Positions 24,553 through 36,551 of a stretch of 36,551 bases of DNA are shown piece after piece. Made by a program: the position numbers and the translations under genes. Location of the stretch: the NCBI GenBank assembly GCA_002269645.1, contig NIVC01003927.1, positions 1-36,551 of the forward strand, in the 5' to 3' direction. The notes below the pieces were generated by a model. That model was not told the DNA's origin, made no database searches, and was given only the letters and a program-made list of their open reading frames with translations. The stretch is from Macrostomum lignano. Taxonomy: Eukaryota. Position 1 is the first letter of the stretch, and the number at the start of each line of letters is the position of its first letter.

Positions 24553-26561
24553 CTGAATCAGTCTTTACCACAATTACCCACAAGGGGCGACTCCAGTGGT
24601 CAGCTGCCCTCCCCATACCGGAGAAATTGGGGGAGGTCATGACACTCTAGCTCGGAACAATGAACTTAACCCCTTTTTTACAAGGAGGGGGGCGGGTGGG
24701 GGCATCTGACCCCCCAGAATTAAAGCTAAGCAATAATCTCAAATGTCAGGAGGGGGCAGCTGCCCCCCCCTGTTTCTGCTGTGCCTGCGTACGCACTAGC
24801 GGGCACCCAATTCCTGGAAATCTCGCAGAGATTTGAGAGACGACGCTGACAATAAAAAATGCCAAACATTTCCAGGCCACACGTCCGTTGAGTAAAGCTG
24901 GCCGCATGCCCGTGGGGGAAGTGGGGAAGAATCTAATAGGGGATCTAACAACTCCCCCAAAACGGTCAAGGCGCGTTGATCCATTCTTCCTAATAATATT
25001 CTTCCCTTTATTTCCTTCTCGATTCTTCGGCTCTGCTTCCTCTTTTTGCCCATATTCCCCATTGCCCGGTCGTAAAAATCTCTTATATTTAGGCATATTT
25101 AGGCTGTTGTATGGGGGCGGGCGAATGAATGGGCGCGGTCGGTTTGGGGAAATGAGAAGAAGGCGGCATGGGAGATAAGCTCAAAGATTTAGAGAGAGAG
25201 AGAGCTACAGAGCCGGCTCCGCCGACAAAGCATTATGAAAAAGGAAATGCGTGGAAAGCTGAGATGCAGCTTGAGTGCTCTGAAGCTACTGTCAATGGAA
25301 GATTCTGCAGTTCATTCCATGCAGATGCAGCCTTCTCTGTGGTCCAAGTCTAATATGTGAGGATAAGGGATAATTAAACCAAATGGCCAGAGGAAGCGGG
25401 AGGGAAGAGATTGGGGCAGAGAGGCTGCTCGAATGCAGATTAAAGCTCGGCGAGGGTTGAGCAGTGTGGGCGACTCCATCTCCATTTCTTGCTTCCTTGC
25501 AGAGCGATAAGGAAATTCGAATAGCAACTGCAGGACGGCAAGCAGGCTGTCAGCCTCGCGGCCCACCCGCGCGTTAATTGCATTCGTGTGCGGAGAAAAA
25601 TATGCTTTATGACACCAGCAATTATCTCTCATCTCTCTCGGCCCCTCTCACGTGGCGTGGCGCAGTCTCCGCTGCACCTCCTTCCCTCCATCAGCGTCCC
25701 GTGTTGACAATAGCAACCAACAGTAAAATCCCGAGCAACGCTAAGTGGCCGAAGATTTACTGTTTCTGCCTGACTGACCGCTCTAGCGAATACGCCAGCG
25801 GATATCTATACTTAATCGAGGGGATCCGATGGGATATTGATAGCTAATTGCACCTTGCGCAAGGTGGCTTTTTTTGGTCGCCGAAACCCCCCTCAGAGGT
25901 CGCCGCCCCAGCAACTCGCTGGGTGGAATATATAGCAAGGCCATGCAGGCCTGCTTTAGGGTAATAAAATTGCGCAATCAACCAGGACCTCCGCCCCAGC
26001 CGCCCGCCGCCGCCGCCCCATCCGGAGCCAACCCTCGTGCGGTCCGCTCGATTTTTCGAATTTTTATTGGATCTATAGGGGGGCTGCATTGTTGGTGCTG
26101 CAATATCTAACCAATATCTATAACCCTCCCTGTCTCCCTCCCTAATGCTCGCTGGGCACGTGGCCCGAGATACCGCCTGCCTTTCTGCTTTGGCATTTTT
26201 ATATCAAGGACGCTGAGTCGCTGACAGACACTGCTGGCGAGCTCGGTCGGGCGGCTATGGAATTGGTGAAACAGACAGCAATAAAAATGTCCCCCCCATT
26301 CGTCAGACTAATCGACAATGGCGGTACGGGGCCGAACTTGTGGGGGTGTATACTCAGTGTTCACTGCTCTGCTGCTCCCATGGATATTCAACCGTCTGCT
26401 CAATGCTGTCCTAAAGGACTCCTTGCATTGCTCGATAGTTGAGTAAAATTCATGCATAATGTTTTACATCAGCTGTTTAGGTTCAGTTTTAAACTTTTGG
26501 TATCTTATTCGGCATCTAAAGACTCAATAAACACTCGGTTTTTAAGCTATAAATGTTTAAC

Positions 26562-27933
26562 TAGGCATCTAAACACCCAGTTTTGTAGCTAAAATGTTCT
26601 ACTCGGCATCTAAACACCCAGTTTTGTAGCTAAAATGTTCTACTCGGCATCTAAACACCCAGTTTTGTAGCTAAAATGTTCTACTCGGCATCTAAACACC
26701 CAGTTTTGTAGCTAAAATGTTCTACTCGGAATTTAAACACCCAGTTTTGTAGCTAAAATGTTCTACTCGGCATCTAAACACCCAGTTTTGTAGCTAAAAT
26801 GTTCTACTCGGCATCTAAACACCCAGTTTTGTAGCTAAAATGTTCTACTCGGCATCTAAACACCCAGTTTTGTAGCTAAAATGTTCTACTCGGCATCTAA
26901 ACACCCAATTTTGTAGCTAAAATGTTCTACTCGGCATCTAAACACTCAGTTTTGTAGCTAAAATGTTCTACTCGGCATTTAAACACCCAGTTTTGTAGCT
27001 AAAATGTTCTACTCGGCATCTAAACACCCAGTTTTGTAGCTAAAATGTTCTACTCGGAATTTAAACACCCAGTTTTGTAGCTAAAATGTTCTACTCGGCA
27101 TCTAAACACCCAGTTTTGTAGCTAAAATGTTCTACTCGGCATCTAAACACCCAGTTTTGTAGCTAAAATGTTCTACTCGGCATCTAAACACCCAGTTTTG
27201 TAGCTAAAATGTTCTACTCGGCATCTAAACACCCAATTTTGTAGCTAAAATGTTCTACTCGGCATCTAAACACTCAGTTTTGTAGCTAAAATGTTCTACT
27301 CGGCATTTAAACACCCAGTTTTGTAGCTAAAATGTTCTACTCGGCATCTAAACACCCAGTTTTGTAGCTAAAATGTTTAACTCGGCATCTAAACACCCAG
27401 TTTTGTAGCTAAAATGTTCTACTCGGCATCTAAACACCCAGTTTTGTAGCTAAAATGTTCTACTCGGCATCTAAACACCCAGTTTTGTAGCTGAAATGTT
27501 TAAGTGGGCATTTAAACACCCAGTTTTGTAGCTAAAATGTTTAACTCGGCATCTAAACACCCAGTTTTGTAGCTAAAATGTTTAACTCGGCATCTAAACA
27601 CCCAGTTTTGTAGCTAAAATGTTCTACTCGGCATCTAAACACCCAGTTTTGTAGCTGAAATGTTTAAGTGAGCATTTAAACACCCAGTTTTGTAGCTAAA
27701 ATGTTTAACTCGGCATTTAAACACCCAGTTTTGTAGCTAAAATGTTTAACTCGGCATCTAAACACCCAGTTTTGTAGCTAAAATGTTCTACTCGGCATCT
27801 AAACACCCAGTTTTGTAGCTGAAATGTTTAAGTGGGCATTTAAACACCCAGTTTTGTAGCTAAAATGTTTAACTCGGCATCTAAACACCCAGTTTTGTAT
27901 AGCTAAAATGTTTAATTTGAGCATCTAAACACC
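26562..27933. repeat. 41-bp minisatellite with 8-unit and 4-unit higher-order structure
   Basis: Unit ACTCGGCATCTAAACACCCAGTTTTGTAGCTAAAATGTTCT, ~33 copies. Variant units recur at 328-bp and 164-bp spacing. Confidence 0.98.
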
Positions 27934-28271
27934 AAATATGGAGAAAATTGTGCAAATGTAGACACAGGTTATAAAACTAAAGTATTGGTATAGTACCGCC
28001 TGTTACTTGGGTGAAAAATATTTAGCAAAGAGTTTCAAAGATTGCGTAATACCCTGTGAGAATTGAGAAACTTTCAATTTTCCTGCCTTCATGTATGAAA
28101 TATAGGTGCGAAATTCTACAAATTTGCAGCGTTAGTTTCAGGTCCAACCGTTTCCTGCTAGCAAAGTCGTTTTAATAACGAAATTAATTACAAAATAATT
28201 ACAAAACCAAATTTTGCTTTAAAAAATATTTGAGCAAAAAGGAATGTTTGAAGCTATACAAATAATAGAAA

Positions 28272-28722
28272 GGGCGACACGGGGGAGAGGGAGACACGGT
28301 GGGAGAAGAAGACACGATGAGAGAGGGAGACACGGGGAGGGAAGGAGACACGGTGGGAGAAGGAGACACGGGGAGAGAAGGAGACAGTGGGAGAAGGAGA
28401 TACGAGGAGAGAGGGAGACACGGGGAGGGAAGGAGACACGGTGGGAGAAGGAGACACGGGGAGAGAAGGAGACACGGTGGGAGAAGGAGACAGTGGGAGA
28501 AGGAGATACGAGGAGAGAGGGAGACACGGGGAGGGAAGGAGACACGGTGGGAGAAGGAGACACGGGGAGAGAAGGAGACAGTGGGAGAAGGAGATACGAG
28601 GAGAGAGGGAGACACGGGGAGGGAAGGAGACACGGTGGGAGAAGGAGACACGGGGAGAGAAGGAGACAGTGGGGGAAGGAGATACGAGGAGCGAGGGAGA
28701 CACGGTGGGAGAGGGAGACACG
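28272..28722. repeat. purine-rich compound minisatellite (GGAGACACGG core)
   Basis: Strong G/A strand bias, with units such as GGGAGAAGGAGACACGG and AGGAGATACGAGGAGAG. Confidence 0.95.
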
Positions 28723-30582
28723 AGGGCGGCATCCGGCATGACAAGTAACAACCCAGAGGGAGTGCATATTTGTCAAAAGCAGTGTATAGTGTCAGTCCCA
28801 GCTGCCAATTAAGTCTAAAAGCTCTATCCCTCAACAGCAATTTCCGCTGCCCAACATCAACCTCAATTTCGCCCCCCCCCTTAATTCCTTGTTAGCGCCG
28901 CCGCTTTTGTCGCCTTGCAGTATAGAATTTAACGACGAGGAATTATAATGGTGCTATAAATGGCGCGCAGGCTGCAGCGGCGGGCTTCAATTACAGTTCC
29001 TCAATCCGCTGCCCCTAACCCTTCCCTATTTTCATTGCAATGGTCGCTTAAGCCTTGTTACCTTTTTTATGGGAGGCCTCTCCGCGCTTTAGGATGCCGT
29101 GAGTGGAGCGAGTGTGCCAGCAGTGCGTCGCGTCCGCTAATAATAATGTATTGGCGCTGTGGGTTCCTCTCCCAGCCACCGCTTTTTTAATGAGAACTAT
29201 ATTGCCGGATTTTATGGAGTCCAACCCGCGGCTGAGAAGATTATATAAAGGGGGCCTTGGGCGGAAAAGAGGGGAAAGCGGGTTTGGACCCTGGGAGGGG
29301 GGAGGGGGACACACTGGGGGAGGCCCTCCCAGCTTCCTTGGCCCTCTCCCTGCCTCTGGGGCCTAGCAGCCAGTTGGAGCTGTCCCCGCTCAACGCAGGC
29401 CTCTCTCCATTGGCTGCACTCGATGCCCGCCTCGCCGCTCCGCCAGCCCCCGCCCTCCTCCCTCCCGTCTTTCCGCTCTGGCTGCCAGGGGGGGGAGGGT
29501 AGGCGGCCGGCGGTGTGACTCGCCTTCTTCTAAGCGCTAATCCCAGGCTGCCCACAGCCCCTTCCGCATATTGATCCGGGGGGCTCTCGGTGAGATTTGC
29601 TCTCTTCTTTAATTTAGGCAAGGAGTAGAAACAGGCTTGCCCGGAAAAGTTGAGAGATCTATCCCGATCCCCCCCCCCTGACCGGAGACTGGGCCATGGC
29701 CTCCTGAGACCAGTAAAAATATTTTTGGATTTTGTGCGGCTGCCTTGACTGACGGCTTGGGATGAGAGAGGAAGGCGGCGGGTGGCGAGGGGGGTTGAGG
29801 GAGAGTCGAGCGGAGGCCGGTCGTAAAACCTTGGCCCCGGGAGCCATAAACCGGTATCCAGAGGTCTGATTACCATTTACCCCCCCCCCCTCAACTCAGC
29901 CATTGCTCACTCTTTGCTGTGCTGGGTCTTCTACTCACTGTCTCTTGCGCGCTGTGCTCAAACCTATACTGAGACAGACAGTGAGAGACAGTATAGGTAT
30001 AGGGGGCCGCGGGTGTGAGAACTATCCTATATAGTGTCATATTATAAAAGTTTTTATGTCGATTCTTCACTCGGCCTTGCCCCCAATTGTTTGTCTGTTA
30101 ACCAAGGCTCGCCAGATTTTGTCCCATATAGACAGTAGATCTTGTGACTCCACTATCGAATACGATTAACATAAAATTATAGAAAATACATATTTGCTTA
30201 ATTCTTTCATCCAGAGAACTGAATGATTCAAGAAGTATTGAGAAGCGTCCAGTACATATTACTAAAGTTTTTTGTGCCAAGTTTTTTACAGCGACACACT
30301 ATAGGGTGTCGAATTTACCATACAAACTTTTATTAGCGTTTATGGCAGGGGCTACGAACAGTTTAGCATTAAATAAGCCTAATTAAAGGGTCCTACAGTT
30401 TGTGCATGCATCTAAAAAGGTGTTGCTCATTCATATGCCCGCGCCGTCTGCAGTCAGTGTGTTTATGATATGCGAGCTTCTCAATTAGACAAGAGCCGTT
30501 GGCTTATAGCTTGAATAGAAATGATCAATCCCTGCAGCTAAGACGGTGTTTTAGCAGGAGAAAAAGAATGCTGGAAAGTGTG

Positions 30583-31156
30583 GTGCTGGCGCCCCTGGTG
30601 CTGGCGCCCCTGGTGCTGGCGCCCCTGGTGCTGGCGCCCCTGGTGCTGGCGCCCCTGGTGCTGGCGCCCTGGTGCTGGCGCCCCTGGTGCTGGCGCCCCT
30701 GGTGCTGGCGCCCCTGGTGCTGGCGCCCCTGGTGCTGGCGCCCCTGGTGCTGGCGCCCCTGGTGCTGGCGCCCCTGGTGCTGGCGCCCCTGGTGCTGGCG
30801 CCCCTGGTGCTGGCGCCCCTGGTGCTGGCGCCCCTGGTGCTGGCGCCCCTGGTGCTGGCGCCCCTGCTGCTGGCGCCCCTGCTGCTGGCGCCCCTGGTGC
30901 TGGCGCCCCTGGTGCTGGCGCCCCTGGTGCTGGCGCCCCTGGTGCTGGCGCCCCTGCTGCTGGCGCCCCTGCTGCTGGCGCCCCTGCTGCTGGCGCCCCT
31001 GGTGCTGGCGCCCCTGCTGCTGGCGCCCCTGGTGCTGGCGCCCCTGGTGCTGGCGCCCCTGCTGCTGGCGCCCCTGCTGCTGGCGCCCCTGCTGCTGGCG
31101 CCCCTGCTGCTGGCGCCCCTGCTGCTGGCGCCCCTGCTGCTGGCGCCCCTGCTGCT
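30583..31156. repeat. 15-bp minisatellite (CTGGCGCCCCTG[G/C]TG)n
   Basis: About 38 units, with a G-to-C variant increasing toward the 3' end. Confidence 0.98.
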
Positions 31157-31800
31157 GAAGACTGTCAGCTCAAATGAAATGTTATTTCCCATAGAATTAC
31201 GAGTAAATACTTTCTATTTTTAATCTTTCTCTTACGAGTAAACCATCCATCCATCCACTTGGAAACAAACAATAATTCTTCACTTTATGCCAGTCCTCGG
31301 ATGTTGCCTGCGCTTCGTGGCATGCACAAAAAACTGGGGCACTGCAGAAATATAAAAATATGAAAACGCCGCATCCACCTACATTTGAGAGAAGCGGCGG
31401 CGGCGGCAGCTGACACAGTCGAGGCCGGCATTTGGTTGGAGTGGGGAGAGGAAGTTTTATAGCTGGGCTGCTTGAAGCATTTGTTGGCACATGATGGCAG
31501 CTGATTCTGCAGGAGACATCAATAAAATATCAGGGATTAGCATGCATGTGGGGCGGCGGTGTCCGCAGCAAGTTTTATTGTACAGTTTCGAATGCTTTGC
31601 CCCCCTCATTTAGCATATTTTGCAGCTCCATGCAGAATTGAATTTCTGTTTCACATTTAGTTAGACGCATGCTTTATGACGGCATCCATCCATGTTGACT
31701 TGGCGTGCCGTCGCGCGCATGGCAACCCGCTACTCTTTGGACTCGAGCCGAAGCTTGAAATGCAGTTCCGGTGATTTATAATCGCTATGGATTTGCTCTG

Positions 31801-32265
31801 GAACACAGGGATGTGATTGCGGTATGTGTATATGAACACAGGGATGTGATTGCGGTATGTGCATGTGAACACAGGGATGTGATTGCGGTATGTGTATATG
31901 AACACAGGGATGTGATTGCGGCATGTGCATGTGAACACAGGGATGTACAGGGATGTGATTGCGGCATCTGCATGTGAACACAGGGATGTACAGGGATGTG
32001 ATTGCGGCATCTGCATGTGAACACAGAGATGTGATTGCGGCATCTGCATGTGAACATAGGGATGTACAGGGATGTGATTGCGGCATCTGCATGTGAACAT
32101 AGGGATGTACAGGGATGTGATTGCGGCATCTGCGTGTGAACATAGGGATGTACAGGGATGTGATTGCGGCATCTGCATGTGAACACAGGGATGTACAGGG
32201 ATGTGATTGCGGCATCTGCATGTGAACATAGGGATGTACAGGGATGTGATTGCGTCATGTGCATG
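31801..32265. repeat. 32/43-bp minisatellite (GAACA[C/T]AGGGATGTACAGGGATGTGATTGCGGCATCTGCATGT)n
   Basis: Short 32-bp units are followed by longer units carrying an internal ACAGGGATGT duplication. Confidence 0.95.
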
Positions 32266-32862
32266 TTAATATGTACATACTAAATAAATTATGTGAACGC
32301 ATAATAGATGCAATATGTGAACAGGTGAACGCAGAAGCTTGAACTGATGCCTAGGTGGGTTGGTAGAACTTAAAAAAAATTCACACGATGGAACAGTTCA
32401 TTAAAATGTGAGCATGCAGGTGAATTTTGGCGCAAAAAATGTAGCCAATCCACTCTGTTTGGCTCTCTAACATAACTTTAAAATCAGGCCATGCTACTCG
32501 AACGCAGTCCTTTCCTTCGCCTGCGATTATAACTTTTCTGCTCTCATGGAATTTTTTTCGGGAATGTTGCTTTTCATCTCAAGCGCTCTGCAATAACGTT
32601 AACAGTTTCAAAATTATGCAGAAACAACAGCAACAGGTGTAAAAGGCGCTCCTGCTGGGAGCTTCTGCAGCTACGGCAATCTTTTGCTGGCTTTGTGTAG
32701 CGAAATTGCTGGGAGAGACGGAGTGGAAGGCGAGAAGGAACCGAGAACCGCAGTCTGCTTTAATTAAGATCTGTAGCAAATCAGTACTCCCTGTGGTTCT
32801 CACTCTGTCCTGACACTGGAGCGGCTGCAAATTATATCCACATTATGCTAATGCTGCCTCCC

Positions 32863-33425
<563 letters not shown>

Positions 33426-34118
33426 AAATCATGCAGTAGAGCTGCAATGGAGGACATAACTCAGTTAAGTATTTTTGTAACCAACGGGGACTTGTCGATG
33501 TTTGCGTCAGAGGCCCTCAGCGAAGCGTCAGTGAAGTGCGCAGCCGCGAACCCCCTCCACGCTAGCGCTTCAACATCCACTTGGGTTGCGAAAGCAGAAA
33601 AACGCAAGCTCTGCTTCTGGCTCTTCTACAAGCGGAGGGCTTGCTGATTGTCTCTCTTTTTCTCTCCCTCTTTCTGTTTGCGCCATGGCGTCCTATAAAA
33701 CTTTTACGATCAAACAATAAAACACTCCGCCCTCAACTTCTGCAAATGCTCCGGCTCTCTTCTCTACCCTCGTTCACTCTCTCTTTCTCTCTGTCTATCT
33801 CGCTCCTCTTCATCCGACAAAAGCCTCTCTTCGGTTTGCCCGACTGTTTTGTTTCTTTTCCAACGCGAGAGGGGGCGTCGGCGGTGCCTTTGACTCGACC
33901 TGCCCGCTATCCCCCAACCCCGACTCAGCCCCCTGCTGTTTTATCTGCTTCTGGGAAATGCCCCACCCCACAGACAGGCGGGTTTTTCAACACAGACGCT
34001 TTTTCTCTAAGGAAACAAGAATCAAAGATCGGTTTCTCAAGCTGCATTATCAATATGCCAATTGGCTGCAGATATCTGTATATCTGCAGATCTAGCGCAG
34101 CAATCCAGTGAGGATTTA

Positions 34119-34414
34119 CCATAGACATGCGCGATTATCATCAAGACTACCAATACTAATAGGCTGCAGGGCGATGAAACTAGATAAAAACGTCGAGACA
34201 CGTCGAAACGTTGAGTTTTTTGTCTATGGCTGAGAGTGTCTGACCTAAAACCTCACTTGGTGAGAATGTCTTATGGTAAAAACAGAGAAATCCACGCATC
34301 TGAATCCACGTGCTGTGTGCTTATGTAAAGAAAAAAGACAAGAGAGGAGATATGAGAGAGAGAAGAGAGAAAAGAAAGGGAGCTGAGAAGAGACACAAGC
34401 CATATTGTCTATGG
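34119..34414. mobile_element. MITE-like element with CCATAGACA termini flanked by TA
   Basis: TTTACCATAGACA (34115-34127) is the exact reverse complement of TGTCTATGGTAAA (34406-34418), giving TA|CCATAGACA...TGTCTATGG|TA. Further copies of the 9-mer occur at 34221, 34526 and 34579. Confidence 0.5.
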
Positions 34415-35456
34415 TAAACCCTCGCTCTGGTGCTATGCTAACTACAGTATAGGTTATGTAAAGCATGTCTCAGTATTGGTATAATTAGTTGACTTTTAAA
34501 CTACATTCAATCAATAGAATTCTAGCCATAGACACCCACCAAATGGGTGGCCACACTGTTATGTGACTTCGGCATAAATGTCTATGGTTCAATGCCTAGC
34601 CTATAACATGGCATGGATACCCGCTGGCATATTGTGTTTTACTCATTTATTTCTTCCTCCATAACCTATGCAATCAGATTTGGCTATCTATACAATATTG
34701 TTTTTTTGTTGTCTTTTTGTCTGGTTTCCTTAATGCTGATAATGCAATGGTTGCGGTTACACTGTACTCTGCAGGCTGTTGAAGGTCACTCAGACTGTGC
34801 AGCCAGCGCCCCCCCCACCCCAGCTTGGCTCACTGATTTCACTTCAAAGGGACGCCGCCGCCCTGTTTGTAGGCAGGATTAACAAAGATGCCTTTGGCGC
34901 GCTGTTGGGATAGCAGCCGCAGGAGGCATATAAATTCTGCGCTAAAATCTCTGGGTAAAGGGGGTGCGGGGTGTTCAGGTGCAGGCGCAAACTTCTGCGG
35001 CGATATTGCAACTAAACTTACCCCCCCCCCCCCTCTATGTAGCGCGGCTATCTGCTATACAGTAATTGTTATTAACGCAAATTTTACTTTCCCTGTGCAA
35101 CTTAACATAAGCTTAAAAAATACACTAAACCTGCGGAATTCAATGGAATGCTTTCAACTAATATTTAGCGACGCAATTTTCTTGAATTTTTGGAAGCAGT
35201 TTGTTAAATCTTAATCTGTAGCCACGCAGGCTTACCTTGGAATTTGAGTATTCGTTTGAAAATAATTACTTTATGCAAGATATTTCAGTGAGTGAGTGAA
35301 TCGCTGCCCCCTGGAAGAATCGATACAAAAAAGAGCTAGTTGCTACTAGCAGTAACAATGCTTGAAGTTAGAATATAACCGCTTTCGTATGTCTGCGTTT
35401 TAACAAACCTTAGCTCAGGTCAGCTCAGGAGTTTGACGCATGAGGGTAGGCAGACG

Positions 35457-35670
35457 GTACAGGATGGTAAAAATGGTACAGGATGAATTATAGGTTAGTA
35501 CAGGATGGTAAAAACGGTACAGGATGAAATATAGGTTAGTACAGGATGGTAAAAACGGTACAGGATGAAATATAGATTAGTACAGGATGGTAAAAATGGT
35601 ACAGGATGAAATATAGGTTAGTACAGGATGGTAAAAACGGTACAGGATGAAATATATATTAGTACAGGGT
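35457..35670. repeat. 41-bp tandem repeat, ~5 copies
   Basis: GTACAGGATGGTAAAAAYGGTACAGGATGAAATATAGGTTA. Confidence 0.95.
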
Positions 35671-35971
35671 GAAATATTGATTGATAAACGATGGAAAGGA
35701 CGCTGCAATAAATGGTCAAAGAAATTTTACTTTCGTCGCCCACTTTTATATCTGCATGCCTAATTTGCTACTAGTAGTAATACTTGCAGATTTCTATTAC
35801 TATGGAATTCGAACCTAGAAATTTCAGGCCAAATGAGGTCCTTGTCTTATACGATATATAAGTTCAGAGAGCGTTATTTGGTAGAGTACGACTGAGTAGA
35901 GCCCGTAATCAATTGAGGACGAGTGACTTGTACAAGACTGTACGCAGAAAGCCGAGAGAGGACCAGATTTG

Positions 35972-36410
35972 TACAGGATTGTAGAGACATTAGTACAGGA
36001 TTGTAGAGACATTAGTACAGGATTGTAGAGACATTAGTACAGGATTGTAGAGACATTAGTACAGGATTGTAGAGCCATTAGTACAGGATTGTAGAGACAT
36101 TAGTACAGGATTGTAGAGACATTAGTACAGGATTGTAGAGACATTAGTACAGGATTGTAGAGACATTAGTACAGGATTGTAGAGACATTAGTACAGGATT
36201 TTAGAGACATTGGTACAGGATTTTAGAGACATTGGTACACGATTTTAGAGTCATTGGTAGAGGATTTTAGAGACATTGGTACACGATTTTAGAGACATTG
36301 GTACAGGATTTTAGAGACATTGGTACACAATTGTTGACATTGATACAGGGTTTTAGAGACATTGGTATACAATTGTAGAGACATTGGTACAGGGTTGCAG
36401 AGACATTGGT
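35972..36410. repeat. 22-bp minisatellite (GTACAGGATTGTAGAGACATTA)n
   Basis: About 19 units decaying toward the 3' end. Confidence 0.96.
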
Positions 36411-36551
36411 ACGGCATTGCAGAGGCATTGGGGAAATATATGCTGTTGCTGGCCAATGGCAGGCAGGTATTCTGTAGATACGAGCTTCTGCTTTTGAGGT
36501 GTGAAAACTGATACAGCCATTTCGAAGTCAGCAAAAAGCTTGCATGTACAG

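Noticed and set aside
24583-24800. hAT-type MITE with GGGGGCAGCTGCCCCC internal inverted repeats; similar GC-rich fragments near 2405-2570
   Set aside because: I could not define matching termini or TSDs, so these are at most degenerate remnants.
28050-28070. miR-10 (TACCCTGT...) near a Hox gene; also miR-196-like TAGGTAGT at 18321
   Set aside because: Only the first 8 nt match the recalled mature sequences and no hairpin is evident. The second sits at a GATA repeat end.
30583-31156. Array of CTCF sites (CACCAGGGGCGC)
   Set aside because: It is one G short of the CCASYAGRKGGC core, so the spacing is wrong. CTCF is also reported absent from flatworms.
34066-34089. 10-bp hairpin CTGCAGATAT-CTGT-ATATCTGCAG
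   Set aside because: It is short enough to arise by chance or local slippage, with no supporting context.
34165-34215. Hammerhead ribozyme or Penelope-like end (GATGA...CGAAACGTTG)
   Set aside because: The CUGAUGA core is incomplete and no stem II forms directly after it.

Overview
This is repeat-rich animal genomic DNA, not a prokaryotic locus. It is most likely lophotrochozoan and probably a free-living flatworm such as Macrostomum; this is inferred from the Post2-type homeodomain, the intron inside the homeobox and the minisatellite load. Three protein-coding genes are supported. Two are tandem + strand TRPV-like 6-TM channel genes (4822-6946 and 8235-10322), each with one 81-nt intron. 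The third is a convergent - strand posterior Hox gene Post2 (3 exons, 14803-11789). The two channel paralogs are about 99% identical over an ~830-bp tract encoding the cytoplasmic N-terminus but only about 30-55% identical in protein across the transmembrane half. Both appear to lack the acidic selectivity-filter residue and have a shortened ankyrin domain. The 21.7 kb upstream of Post2 has no recognisable gene: 15 tandem arrays (~40% of the span) alternate with unique islands rich in Abd-B/Cdx-type motifs. Also present are a TSD-flanked tRNA-derived CORE-type SINE, a TA-flanked MITE-like element and a perfect 19-bp hairpin. Most long ORFs in the supplied track are repeat artefacts. All alignments and counts were done by eye, and reference motifs are recalled rather than searched.
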